Shown here: positions 13,548-26,632 of the stretch, in pieces
How positions within the stretch are numbered: position 1 is the first letter of the stretch
Layout: every line of letters begins with the position of its first letter
Source: Camelus dromedarius
Lineage: Eukaryota
Length of the DNA stretch: 64,000 nucleotides
Direction: 5' to 3'
NCBI RefSeq assembly: GCF_036321535.1
Contig: NC_087437.1
Location: forward strand, 69,938,001 to 70,002,000
Program-made: the position numbers and the translations under genes
Notes under the pieces: model-generated
The model's database searches: none
The model's input: only the letters and a program-made list of their open reading frames with translations
What the model was told of the DNA's origin: nothing

Positions 13548-14165
13548 TTGTAGTGGAATTTGCTGCCGTAGTGGAATTAACCCTCTGCTTTCCATTTGAT
13601 AGCAGTAGCTGGCTTGTATTGGTGGAATGATTCCATCCCCAGTCTCAGGCCCTGCACTTCAGGGTAGGTAACTCTCTTCCTAGCTCAGGACTGGGTGGGA
13701 GCGAGCCTTCGATCTGGCCAGCCAGGGCCTTACATTCTCCTGGTGATTGGATTAAGATTGAGAATGGGGCCCAGACCAAGCCAGAAGTCAGGTCCAGAGT
13801 CAATTCTGGAATTATTGCCTCTGCAACCAGAAAAGAAGCAAGATTCATCTTGTGGATGTGGGTCTGAGAGGATGTGAATCTATCTGGAGCAGCTAGAGAG
13901 AAAGAGAGTGGACCTGCCTGGGAATGCAGCCATATTGAGGAGAGCAGAGGCAAGAGGCAGGGAGAGAGCAGTAAGATAGGAACCATTACAGTACTTCCCT
14001 ACTGAATGCCATGAGAGTTAAATGAATGTGTAATAATAAGTCCTTAAATGGTGCCTGACGTATAGGAAGTGTTCAATAAATGTTAGCTATTATCATTACT
14101 AATACTGTTTAAACCCTCTTTTAAAGTCAGTCTTAATGGATTTCCTGTCACTTGTAAAAGTCTCC
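13548..14165 (+). mobile_element. Old MaLR/ERVL LTR (MLT1K/L-like) interrupted by a MIR 3' fragment at ~13990-14100
   Basis: LTR-like 'gaatgcagccatattgaggagagcagaggcaagag' and 'ggatttcctgtcacttgtaa'. The inserted piece reads 'gttaaatgaa...gtgcctgacgtataggaagtgttcaataaatgttagctattat'. Confidence 0.55.
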
Positions 14166-14259
14166 CTCTCTCTCATACATATACATACATGCATACACAA
14201 TCTTAAAAGTAGTATATACGAAGCTAGATATTGTACTCTTTACCCAGTCCTCTCACTTA

Positions 14260-14740
14260 CAGGCATATATCCAAAATGTGGATAAAACTTACGCACAAAT
14301 TCAATCATTGTAGTGTTATTTATAATAAAAAACAATTCAAACACCTTAATTATTCAAAAAGCCCAAAAAAGTTAAATACTTTAAGGCCTATCTCGCCATA
14401 TACTATGTTGTCATTAAAATGATGCCCATTAATTACTTTCAATGTGCTCATTTATGATGTTATGTTAAATTAAAAGACATAGTGTGTGTTTATAGTGTAT
14501 GTGCATACTAAATGATCTCAAGTACATTAAATAATTATATAAGAAGATGACTGGAAGAAAAGATACAAAGATACTAGTAGCTGTTTTCTCTGGGTCTTGG
14601 TACTGTGAGTGACTTGAATTTTTTTCTTTCATTTTTCTATTTTTTTAAATTATATATATAAAGCGATTAGTATTTTAAATATTATTTTGATTATCTATAC
14701 ATTTATAGAATTTTATATTTTCTATAAATAGATTTGCTAT
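14260..14740 (+). mobile_element. Decayed L1ME-type 3' fragment
   Basis: AT-rich L1ME 3'UTR-like text 'gactggaagaaaagatacaaagatactagtagctgttttctctggg'. Confidence 0.55.
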
Positions 14741-15005
14741 TATTTTAGATACATACTCAGAAAATGGAATTTAGAAAAAATGCAGAAATGTAAAGACCAT
14801 AAAAATGTTCCTCTGATTCCATCATTCTTACAGATTTTATACGAAGCTGAGGCTGAGAAGTTGCTCAACATCTCATGGTATTTAGTAGATATTTTAAGGC
14901 TCAGAAGAGACAGACATGAATCATATTTCAGGGTTTTTTTTTTTTCATTTCTATTATAACACATTTTTTTCCTATATGCAGCAAAGAGTGGACGTACAGA
15001 TCTAA

Positions 15006-15030
15006 ATTTGCATCTGGTTTCCATAGAAAC
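15006..15030. promoter_or_regulatory. POU octamer plus RFX X-box composite
   Basis: ATTTGCAT at 15006-15013, a 3-bp gap, then GTTTCCATAGAAAC at 15017-15030, in apparently non-repetitive sequence. Confidence 0.5.
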
Positions 15031-16119
15031 TGTTTTTCGGCTTTTAACATTAGGCAACACCTGTTGTTCTGCGGTCAAACCACCAATAACATCACAGATT
15101 ACAGAGAAGAAAAAATGGTGCATATATCTGTCTACAAATAACAATTTCCTAATGTACTATTCCTCATGGATATTTAACCTCACACTATCATATACTTAAG
15201 ATAACCTCTTTACCGTGTCGGCACATACAATAGCTCTATTTCCTGAATTTAAAAACATTAAATCCATACTTTCATACACTGCTGTGGCAACATGGAGCTC
15301 ACAGCCAGGCATAACTGAGCATCACATGTAGAACTATAGAATTATGCTGTGTATTTCATGTGATATTTGAAGACTCTGAAAATTACAACATAGTTAAGAC
15401 TCTTTCACACAAGCTCTCTGGTTTTCTACATTTGCACAAGAACACGCACACGCAGAGTCACACTTCTAAATATATCAAGTTATTTTAGAAATTGTGCAAA
15501 CCCTCTTTCTCTGATTCATTTTTAGGCTTCCTTACTTGCAAGCAAACCAGCTGTTGGGGAAGACATAGGGATTTTCCTTAATTAAAATGATTTCTCATCA
15601 CTCTGATTTAAAGACCCTAAATTATGATAGCAAGAGTCTCCCTCCCTGGCAAGATTCCTTTGCAAAGAGCAAAAGAATTTTCAGAAACTGGCTTACTTAG
15701 GTTTTATTGTCCCTTGGATATATGCGATTAAACCCTTAAGGTAAGTAAAAAATGACTCAAGCGTATTTTGAAAAAAAATATGATCAGCTGCTCAAAATGG
15801 TTTACAGGCTATATTATGAGAGAATGTGGCTCATGGTCTAAAACAATTGACGCAGCAGCATTCTGGTCACTCAAATGAGTATTCTTATTGTTTGTTTATC
15901 TGTCCGGCTGCTGCTTGACATCTACTATTTCCTATCAGGGAGGTAACCCAGCCACCTGTCAACCCAGCAGCATCTAAATTAGGAATTCTGAGTAGCTGAT
16001 CAGGTTCTGTCCATCAGTCTCAAACTCTGGGGTCCATATTGCTTTTGTGAAAGCATGACTCCCTCTCCTCTATGCCTTTCTCTCCCCTTTCCTCTCTTTC
16101 ATTGCAAGGCAGTGGAAGG

Positions 16120-16312
16120 GGGGGTTAGCTTTGAAGGCTAACCTGCTTAGTTAGAAGCCCAGCTCCACATGCATTAGCTAGGGGATCTGTCTGAGCCTCA
16201 GCCTTCTGCCTCTGAGAGAGGTAAAAACATTCATCTCGCATAGTAAAGAGAGGAAGAAATGCGGTGAATCAGACGATACTAAGCATGAAACTTAGTAGGC
16301 GCTCACATGCTT
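16120..16312 (+). mobile_element. MIR SINE fragment
   Basis: 'cccagctccac...tctgagcctcagccttctgcctctg...agtaggcgctca'. Confidence 0.6.
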
Positions 16313-17376
16313 TATTTCCACGATTCTTCTCCACTTCCAAGGTTTTCCAGGATCCTCTGTTTAAGGTTAGAGTGGTCACCTCTTGGTGGCACTCAGAAGC
16401 CCAGAGCTCCTCCCTCCCAGACAGCTGCTGCTGGCCTCATCCTTCACTCCATGTTCCCACTAATCACAGGAACAGTAGCAGCAGCAGCAGGCGGAAACCC
16501 AAGGCTTTAGGAAAACGAAAAGCACTGCTTCCTCACAAACAGCTATGACCTGCTGGTCTAAAGCCGGGGGAAAACAGAAGATGACTTCCAGATCCCTGAA
16601 AGGATGCAATCAAAATAGGATTATGGGAAATGGTATTTGCAAAGTGCTTAGTGTAGTGCCCAGCGCACAGTAAATGTTCGGCAAATGTTACCTATTCCCA
16701 TAAATTATTTTCAGAGAGAATGGCTAAACAGGTCAGTAAGGGCTCCACTGGGTATTTAGTTGAACAGTATTACATGAACTGATAATTATGGTCATATGAA
16801 CATGAAACCATTTCTGGCAAAATAAGAGTTTGCCAAGATGAAATTTCGCATGAAACATGAAGGGTAGGATATCACACTTCTCTCAAGACAAGAGGAGCAG
16901 GTTAAACTAAGTTGCGATAGAAACACAGTACAGACATTAATTTTACTCTCAGCTGAAGTCGGCACAGAATGACTCCCCCAGATCTTTCACCTTGGATTTG
17001 AGAAATATTATTCTGGGGCATAATAATCTCTAATGTGAACAAGAGTGAGAGATGAAGTTGTTTTGAACTTTTCGTGATAGCTCCAAACTCTGTCAACTTT
17101 ACCATTAAAATAGGAAAAGAAATAGATCAAAAAGAAAATGTTATATTGCTAGTCTGAAAGCTACAAGATGAAAGTTGCTCATTCCACCCCCAAATCCTCC
17201 CACTGTAGTCTGAAGGAATATTAGTGGTGAGTAAAATGTCTTGCTCAGAATGAAAACATTTTAGAGGTCAGAAACATCATGAAGACCATCCAGATCAGAA
17301 ACTTAACCTGGAGTCCACAGGGTAAGTTTAGGGCAGGGGTGGGGGTCAACGAACCCTCTGAAATTATGTGCTAAAC

Positions 17377-17383
17377 TGTGCGT

Positions 17384-17427
<44 letters not shown>
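17377..17427. repeat. (TG)n microsatellite
   Basis: Pure (TG)18 at 17391-17426, preceded by interrupted TG units. Confidence 0.98.
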
Positions 17428-17434
<7 letters not shown>

Positions 17435-17465
17435 AATGCGGGAAAGCTGAAGGTGGAAATCAGAA

Positions 17466-17665
17466 TACTGACTGTATTTTCTCCTTAGGTAAGGATGTGG
17501 CTGAGTTGAAGCCACATAACTTAAGAATAAAAGACCAGCTTTTTGTGACATTTCCCCTGACTGGAAGCTCACAGGCTGTCAGTGTAAGTTCGTCAACAGT
17601 GAAGCAAGCCCTGGGCATAAACTGAAGCGGTAGAGCAAGCATTCCCCTGCCTGGATCAGGTAAGA
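17466..17665 (+). other. Candidate recursive splice site / cryptic exon (17489-17659)
   Basis: Branch-like TACTGAC, pyrimidine tract, TAG|GTAAGG, and a second donor CAG|GTAAGA 171 nt downstream. Confidence 0.35.
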
Positions 17666-18121
17666 TCCTAATTTGCACAAATACTATCATCAGTTCCCTA
17701 TTAGGAACCTCGGCCCAAGAGAAACTACACTGGGATTGACTGCAGCTGCTCCTGCTCTGTGCAGCATTTCCAAAATATTTTGTGTTTTTGGATAAATAGA
17801 CATCCAATCTAGCTTTGTAGAGGATGTCTTCATATGTGTGTTCACCTCTTGCTAATCTTTAATACTGCAACATGCATGACTCTTAGGAGATGAACTGTGG
17901 CTTTTGTCAGATTCTCAAAGGGTTCTTGACTCAAGGGGCTTCAGAACCAACTGGCTAGTTGAATAAAATGATTTTATACATAAGGGAAGCAAAGTATTCA
18001 AGAAGTGAGGAGATTTGTCCAAGGACAACTGGCAGAACCACAGCCAGGAAACAGTTCTATCCATAACCAGCTCACTGCTTTTGCCACTAAACCCTAGTAG
18101 AAACTAAGTACTTTTGGAGTT

Positions 18122-18482
18122 TTTTTCAGTCAGTTCAGACTATAAGATAATACCACAGGTTGGGTGGTATAATCAAACATTTATTTCTCACAGTTCTGGA
18201 GGCTGGAAGTATGAAATCAGGGTGCCAACATAGTCAGGTTCTTGGTGACGGTCCCCTCCCTGGTTTACAGATGGCTTGCTTCCCCTTGTATCCTCATATG
18301 GCAGAGAGAAAAGCCTCTCTCATATCTCTTCTTATAAAGGCACTAAGCCTCATTCATGCGGACTTCACCCTCAGGACCTAATTAATTACCTCCCAAAGTC
18401 TCCACATCCTAATACTATTATGTCAGGTGTTAAGATTTCAATATATGATTTTAGGATGGACACAAACATTCAGTCTATAACA
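18122..18482 (-). mobile_element. MLT1A/MLT1A0 solo LTR (MaLR)
   Basis: 'catttatttctcacagttctggaggctggaagt...cacaaacattcagtctataaca' is the antisense of the MLT1A-type consensus. Confidence 0.9.
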
Positions 18483-19379
18483 AGGGCCTCCGGAATGGTC
18501 GGGTGAGCTAAAGCCAATTCACACCCCTTTAGATCAGGATTCAGAAGTAATTCCATTCTCTACTCTCTTAATCTTGGTTTCGGAGAGAGCATGATAAACT
18601 AGGGCAACCAGCTAATGGGATGACAGAATCAAGGCAGTGGATGGACTATAGAGGCAAAACTAACATTTGTTTCTGTCAACAAGACGCTTTCTCAGAAAAA
18701 CCATTGCTCCATACACCATAGAGGCAGCAGCCATTAGTAGCTTATGTATGTCTCTCTTGGTTTTAGCTGCACATAGAATGGACATGGCAGTCAAAACTCT
18801 TCTGATGGATTTGTGCCTTCATGTCCAACAACAGCCTTCTTATTTTTATCTCTAATAAGATTGACTCATGAGACTGCTTCTGGGAGATTCCAGGGAAGGC
18901 CACTTACCACACTGACAGAACCATTTCACTAAAACACCATCCCAACCCAATGGCTCTTTCGATCTCTCCTTCTCCCTTCCTGCCTTTGGTCTTGGTTCTG
19001 TCTACATCTGTTTTTCCTCCCCTGATCTCACCACCTCTTTCTGTTTGGGTCCCTCATTCTTGCTTCCTTTGGTTGCCTATTTTACTTCATAGGTTAATGA
19101 ACATCTCACTAGGGGATTAAATCACACAGGTTGTTAAAGAACTTCTTGAGCTGTTATTCAGCACGGCAACAAAAAGGGCTTTTCTGGGATACAAGAACGT
19201 AAGACATGCTATCCTAAAGTTAGATGAATGATCCATTTTGTGCAGTGTTCATGTCTTACAAAGGAACATCAGGATGTTTATAGAAGCATATGGCAGCTCT
19301 CAATGAAATTAAATTCTAGTGGGCAAAGTATTCTAAACAGTGTCAACTTCTTAACCCATTTCCTTAGTAACAACATATA

Positions 19380-19590
19380 CTATTTATTGACTATCTACTA
19401 GATGCCAGGCACTGTACAAAGTTCTTTAAGTACATTTTAACATTTAAATAGCACAATTAAACATCACAAGTGTCATTACCATCCCTATTTTGCAGATGTT
19501 GAAACAGAGTGTTGAGGCTGGTAAGGGGTAGAGGCAAATTTTAACCCAGGCCAGTCTACCTCTATAGCCCACTAAATAACTATGCATAAG
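19380..19590 (-). mobile_element. MIR SINE
   Basis: 'tatttattgactatctactagatgccaggcactgt...ccctattttgcagatg...aacccaggccagtct'. Confidence 0.7.
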
Positions 19591-19809
19591 CCATGCATAC
19601 ATGTAAAACCCTGAAAGAACACATATCAACAGTTCCAGTTTTAACCACTTCTTCATCTTAACAAGTTCCATATTATCACTACAGGACACTCCATTTTGGT
19701 GTGCCTGTCACAAAAGGAGTTACTTTCAAATTTAATAATGTAGTTCATCTAGGTTAGCATTTGGTGAATAAATCCACATTCATTTTATCACACCAGGAGA
19801 TCAAAAATT

Positions 19810-20505
19810 TAATTAGTAAGACTTCCAGAAAAAGAAAAAAAGAGATGATGAGAAACAATTTCTCAAAGAAGTAATGCAAGAATGTTTTCTAGAACCAAAA
19901 GACATAAATCTCAAGCCCACTGAATCCTCACCAGAGTCACTGGAAAAAAAAAAAAAAAAAGATACTCCTACCGTGCAAATTCTAAACGTTAGGAGGAAAA
20001 ACAAGATCCTCAAAACTTGCAGAGAGTAAAAGAGGTCACACAGGAAAGAGTAGCTTCAGAATTCTTAGTAGTCACACACAAGAATCTGGAAGATAACAGG
20101 GATCTATCTCCAAAGTTCTTCAGACATGAGTAAAATATGTTTAGCAAAAGATTGAAAGAGACATACATGTAATGGGAAGCGATCTAGAAACATTTTTAAG
20201 TGCAACACAGAAAGTACAAAGTAGTATGTATACTATAATTTGTATAAAAATGGGGAAAACTGTGAGCGAATGTGTGCGTGTGCATATACTTGGATATTTG
20301 TACACACACACACATTTTACTTATCTCTAGTATCCCTGGACACTGATAACATTAGGACCTTCAGGAAAGGGAATAGATGAATGAATAGCGGAGTGACAAG
20401 TGTGAGATAGGGACTTTCTTGCATACCCTTTGTGGCTTTTGAATTTTGAACCACATAGCCATAATCCTATAAATAGTTTTAAAAATGTTTAATATTAAAA
20501 TAAAT
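19810..20505 (+). mobile_element. Decayed HAL1/L1ME ORF1-like fragment followed by an L1ME 3' fragment
   Basis: 'aaagaagtaatgcaagaatgttttctagaaccaaaagacataaatctc...agatcctcaaaacttgcagagag' and 'ttttgaattttgaaccac'. Confidence 0.55.
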
Positions 20506-22109
20506 CAGTCAGGATATGATGGACTTTTTATAATTGGCTTTGGCACTATCTGAGTTGGCTAATTCTTTAATCTCTGAGTTAAATATTGCCAGTATGAAGC
20601 ATTCTCTGATAGAGCTGTCAGGCAGAACTAGTATGTCTCCTCCTGGCACTTTCTGTTATAGCATTTATCACACTGTATTACAGTTGACTTTGTATATTTC
20701 TGTCTCATCTACTAGAGTGTGAGGACCTCTATGGGGCAGGGAGAGATAGATATTTATAGATTCATTTATTCATCCATCCATTAACTAGCTAGACAAGGTG
20801 TTTATTCAACCCTGTATCTTTTATGTCCAGTCTGGCAACTGACATGTAAGAATTCAATGTACTGCTCTTGAATGGAAACATGAATAAATGAATAAGGTGA
20901 ATTCAGCAATTCATAGGATTCAGGATGATAGCTCCTTAAAATTGGTTTTGTCCATTATCCTGAGGACTCCTATCTTTCCTTGCCCCAGAATTTAAGCTGC
21001 AATCACATTGAATACATATTCCAAACCTTCTATGAAGAAAACTCTTACTTCATTTGCAGAAAGATTAAACATATTCATTCAAAACAAAGGAGACTCTAAG
21101 TCCTTCAAATATTATTTTATTACTTTTATTCCTTGTACATTTGCAAAAATCGTAATTGTATCAAATAGAATGACAGACATAAGAAATTAGTATTTTTAGT
21201 GCAAAATATTTCATAATTACAAAGCATCATGCATCACTTGGGCAAAATCTTTCCCACAAAAGCCCAGGGGAGTAGGAGATTTTGATAGGGTAAGTACATA
21301 AAAGCAGAACAAATGATCTCCACTAAGTCATACAACAAGTCAGCAGCATAATTAGATTTCAACCAAACAAATCTATGCTCTCAGGTCATTGTTTTATCTA
21401 TTTCTTCTCTCAAATTAAAAACCACATTTAGGCTGAAAGCGAAGAGGTCATATATACACACTGGTAAACTGAACCAACAGCTCTGATAGGAGTGGGTGTT
21501 AGAAGCAGACATGAGTCAAGTCCTAGCTGGGGACTGACTACCTGTGTGTCAATGGGTATTTTGCTTGAAAAAGATGATTGCAGGTGGCTTTTCAATGAAT
21601 TTTTCGGATCTATGAAAAAATATGTGTCAAAACCTGAGTTCCTTAAGGGAGTCAAATGGTCTCATAGCTCCCTTTGCACACCTCTAAATTAGCCATGGCA
21701 TTTACAATGAATTTACACCTTCGTTCCCCACCTGCCCCCCAGATCCCTACCCCTTGTGAGTATTTCCCAAGAAGGAATATATCATCATCATTTTTTGTTT
21801 TTAATCCCTAAGGCTTAGCCTAATGCTATATAATAGCACTTAATAAGCATGCAGACCAAAGAACCAGTTCTGGTTCACAGTCAGTATGATGTAGTAGGTT
21901 CTACTCTGAGCTCTGCCCCTGAGCAGCAGATTCTACCAGCACAGGTAAACCATATTTCAGTTCATTCTTCTAAAAAATGAGTGGATTACAAGGTGACTTG
22001 TAATAACATTTTCAGTTTTAAAGTTCTATGATTTTATGTAAGTATGAGTATTAGAGCAGGAGGAAGGTGCGATTATGACAAACAAAGAAGAAATAAAACA
22101 GAAAATGCA

Positions 22110-22330
22110 ACAGCAAGCATGTATTAAACCCTTACCATGAATCAGGACCCATGCTAAGAAAGGTCTTTACATTAAATTTTCTCTTTTAATTCTTGAAACA
22201 GTCCTATGATCTAGAAACTATTGGTGTCCACATTTCACAGATGGAAAAACTGAAGTATAGAGAGTTGAGTAACTTGGACAAGTTCACAGAGCTAGTCTGA
22301 CAAAGGAGTTTGTGCTTTTGATCCAAATGA
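22110..22330 (-). mobile_element. MIR SINE
   Basis: 'cacatttcacagatggaaaaactgaagtatagagagttgagtaacttggacaagttcacagagctagt'. Confidence 0.8.
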
Positions 22331-23159
22331 CTCTACATAATCACAGTCCCAAAAAGGTGGCTGTGTTTAAAAGCAAACCGAAAATGGAGATTTAGCCCAT
22401 AGCATGCAGTAGTTACTTATGATAGATTAATAGCATGATTTATTTCTTAGGAGGAAATCTAATTTGTGTAACTACATAATATACACCCCTTCCCCTTTTC
22501 CTGGACTTTAGAAGGACATAAATATTTAATCCTCCAGTTCCTTTTACCAGACTTACTGCATGCGAAGATATGAGTGACTCTGGGTAGGCTTAGTCAGCTC
22601 TAAGTACATCTGCAGCCAGGATGGATGAGTTCAACATAATCCTTTCCATTAATACACAACTTTCATTTAAAGTTACCAAGAGTGTTTGACATAGCACAAC
22701 TTTCTTAAACTTTATTTGTGACTAAATTTTATGTAGTCTTTGAATCATCATAGAATTTATGGGTTGTTTCATTCCATCAATCTACCCGTGTTGGGAGGCC
22801 TACCTAACTGAGGTGCTGTACAGGATACCAAGAAGGTCGTGGTTTCTGATGCTGACAAACTTACTTCCTGCAATGGCCTGCACTTGAGTATGCACTCAAC
22901 ACAGGCACATTGAACAGGGAGATTATAAAATGGCAGTGCTGAAACTCAAATACAGAGCTCTCTGTGTCTGAAGCTTGGACTCTAAGCAACTATGCTATAT
23001 CTAGCTTCCTGACTGACAAGTTTCTTGATATCAAGGACTGGATTATATGCTTTGTTGTAATGTCATATTGCCATATACACAGCAGAACTTAGTAAGTGTT
23101 GCTCATGGTAATTTGGAGTAAAGAGTCAAATTAAACACAGATGTTAAAGAAAATATTCC

Positions 23160-24086
23160 CTTATGTGATGCACTGAGAAGAGCATAGTATCATTTCTGTG
23201 GTATTCCTGCAAAGAAAGCATGACTTGAGACTGGCCATGAGGAAACATTAGGGATACCCAGGTTGAAAGCCACTCTGAAGACCAGCAATGTCCAACAGAA
23301 TTTACTGCGGTGATGGCAATGTCTCAGAGCTGTGCTGTCAACTGGGCAGCCATGAGCCACTTGTGGCTCTTGGATGCTTGAAATGTGGCTAGTGTGACTG
23401 AGAAGTGAAATTATTAGCTTTAATTAATTTTAATTTAAATAATTACATGTGGCTAGTGGCTACCATGTTAAAGAGCCCAGCTCTAGGCCCTCCACTATCT
23501 GTTGAGAACATGAAAGACAGGGAAAGGATAAAGAACTAGACACAGATTTGGAAGAGGCTAAAGAGACATGATCAATAAATGCAGTGAGTTCCTGGATGCC
23601 ATCCTGGACCAGAAGGAAAAAATGTTATTGTTGGGACAGTTTGCAAATTTGAATAGGGTCTGTATTTTGGACAAAAGTATGATATCATTATTGATTTCCT
23701 GATTTAAAGGCCTGTACAATGGTTGTGTATGAGAATATTTTTGGCAAGTTGGAGTATTTAGGGGTCATGGGGAATACTGTTTTCAACTTGCTCTCAAATG
23801 GCTATAAAAAAGACTAACGATAATGAAAATATACTGTATATGTGTATTTATATGTAAATATATGTCTAGATTATATAAATATATTTGTATATGTGTGTGT
23901 GTCTATATATGTATACATATACACATACCCAGAGGGAGAGAGAAGGAGAGAGTCTGTGAAGAAAGGGAAAAGAGAGAGATGGAGCAAATACAACAAAATG
24001 TTAACAGTGAGAAGTCTGGGTAAGGGGAATATGGATACTCTTTGAATTGTACTTCAGATTTGAAATGATTTTGAAATAGTTTAAAG
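23160..24086 (+). mobile_element. L1MC4/5-like 3' UTR fragment, split by MER3
   Basis: 'gatgcactgagaag...catttctgtggtattcctgc', 'aagagacatga...aaatgca...tcctggaccag' and 'gcaaatacaacaaaatgttaac...tctgggtaagggg'. Confidence 0.8.
23283..23480. mobile_element. MER3 (hAT-Charlie) MITE nested in L1
   Basis: 'tgtccaacagaa...cttgaaatgtggctagtgtgactgag...acatgtggctagtggctaccat'. Confidence 0.88.
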
Positions 24087-24399
24087 AAGAATTAAGATTA
24101 ATAAAAATCATTTGGATGTTTGCTTTTATGTGTCTTTAATCAACATTCATCCCTTCATTCATTCAGCATGAGAGGTGATAAAACATATTCATAGCCACTA
24201 CGTGAAACAATGTGAAAAATATTAAAAGAAAAGTGCAGTAAGTACAACATGAATTTTTATTACATAAAGGGTGATTCTAATTACATAGAAAGAAAGCGTA
24301 TTTGGAGGATTTTTATCTTTATCTCAAAGGACAGGAAAGATTTTTAGAAGTTAAGATGGTGTCAGTATAAATAGTATCCCTAAAGAAACTTCAAGAACC

Positions 24400-25190
24400 T
24401 AAGCCAAAAATAGGTAAAGTTCAGATCTCTTCTATAGCAACCTCACAGGTAGTCATGCATCCCGAGCTTGAATACTTCCAGAGATGGAGACATCATTACC
24501 CTCCTGAGGCAGCTCATTCTGTCATTAGACAGAATTAGCCCTTAGAAAATTCTTTCTTGTCCTAAACCAAAGTCTGTCTACATGTATTTCCCATCCTGAC
24601 CCTGTCGGTCCTGTTTCTTCCCAATGGGGCTATAAATGACAAGTCTGACCCCCTTTCCTCTTCTGCATGACAGTTCTCTGAATATTTTAAAACAACTGAC
24701 TCTTCTCTAAACTAAATATCATAAATCCCCACTTTTTTGGAGTCTTCTCATGATCTCACAGTTCTTGGAACAGGTAAAGACTTTTCTATATCTTTCTTAA
24801 AGTGTGATAAGCCTGAATAAGCCCAACATTCTATGTGTCATAGACCCAGTAGCAAGAATGGTGGGACCACTGGCTCCTGCTTTAAGAGAGGCATATGTCC
24901 ACGAATGGACCTTCAGACATACCTGCTTTGGGGGAAGTTCACGGCACACTACTGACTTACATGGAGTGAATGGGTAGCTAAAAGCTCTTCTGCTTGGGCT
25001 ATCTTCCATATTATCGTTGGATACTTGGATTTTAGGACTGAAGTGTGGACCCTACATTTCATTACTATTATGCAGATTTTCTTAAGAGTCCAATAATCAC
25101 TCTAGCTTGTGGGGATCCTTTTGGGTCCTGGCTTGACATCCAAAATGCTTTATATTGCTCCCAGCTTTATGTCATTTTTAATTGTAATGA
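24400..25190 (-). mobile_element. L3/CR1 LINE fragment
   Basis: 'gcttgaatacttccagagatggag...ttaccctcctgaggcagctcattc...ttagaaaattctttctt' is typical antisense L3 text. Confidence 0.7.
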
Positions 25191-26103
25191 GATTAATTGC
25201 TATGTGAGTACTATTAAAATTTAATTATAATAATTACTGTAAAATAAATTAGAAAATGATTTATATTAAGAGATAAATCATGAAAGATATTAACATACAT
25301 ATAAAAATGACTGAAAAAAATATGGGCATGTATGAAGAGAAACAGAGAGAGAGAGAAAGAGATAGAACACGTTGAAGAGAGAATCACAAATTAAGCAGTT
25401 GGTGAAATAACAGGAGAAGAGGAATTTTGCCCATGTATCGAAAGTGATTACTCCAGATAGAGGCACAGGCATAATTGTACCTGAATCCCAAGGCATTTAA
25501 TAAGAGCTATTTTACATGGTTTCACTTGATAAAACATTGGAATGTGCCATCCAAAATTGATGAGCTTGAGCTACTGTAAATAAGGTCTTAAATCTGCTGC
25601 CTAAAATTATCAATAATCCTTCCAACACCTAAAGAGGGAATCCATGGAATGACAGAAAATACTCCTTACACTGGGCCCAGGCCTTAACATCTTGCCACTC
25701 TTCTCTCTTTTCTGCATTGGGGAAATCAAATATACGTACACTAGACACCAAATAGAAGAGACTTGCAGTTCCCAGAACAGATCAAACTCTGCTTGCCTCC
25801 ACACCTTTGCACACGTTGTTCCTTCTTTCTTGATAAAGCCTTGAGCCTTGGCTCAAGGATTAGTTAAGGCACCATCTACTTTCAAAATACCTATGTTCCC
25901 TCCTCTCAATCTCTATTTATTTGCCATGCCTATGTATTTTGCACATAGGTCTGATAGAGGACTTCTCTTATTAAATTATAATGACCTATTTGTCTCTCTT
26001 TATATGCTCCTGCAGGGAGGCTAACAGAGTGTGTGGCATCTAGTAGATGCTCAATCAATGTATGTTGAATGAATGAAGGAAGATCAGCCTGGAATCAGAT
26101 TAT

Positions 26104-26632
26104 AGTATTAGTTAGGACTCTTGGTTGTCTGTATGAAATATCAACTCAAGTTAGCTTAACTGTAAAAGAAAATGGGAAGGGGAGGAAGAGACCTGCCTTT
26201 CAGAGAATCCGAGAAAAGGACAGAGCCAGACGCCTGGAAGGTCTGAAACCAGGAACTGAAAGGCATCAGAACACTTTTATTCTCTTTTATGTCTAAGTTT
26301 TTCATATCATCTTCTCTTTTTCTTCCTTCTGACTGTGGAACAGCTTTTTGCATTCCCTGAACAGCTCCTGCTATTTACATCTTAGACCTCCAGCTGCATC
26401 TCATGCCTGGCTCGCAGTCTCTCTATTCCAATTCCAAGTGTCCAGGGCGGGAACGTGATTGACCCAGGCTGTGTCAGGTACCACTATTATCCAATCAGTC
26501 ACGATCAGGAAGGAGGTGTAACATAGTGCAAATCTGGCTGCTGGTGGGCAGCCCTCCTTATGTGTTGAGGTCTGTAAGGGCATCCTCAGAGGAGGGGCCA
26601 TGGCTCCAGAACTGAGTGGGCACCCAAATATT
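26104..26632 (-). mobile_element. Old MLT1 (K/L-like) LTR
   Basis: 'gtattagttaggactcttggttg...aactcaagttagcttaa' and 'tgattgacccaggc...tcaggtacc...tccaatcag'. Confidence 0.7.

Noticed and set aside
13550..13578. 11-bp direct repeat GTAGTGGAATT x2
   Set aside because: Only two copies with a 7-bp gap at an LTR edge; a local duplication, not an array.
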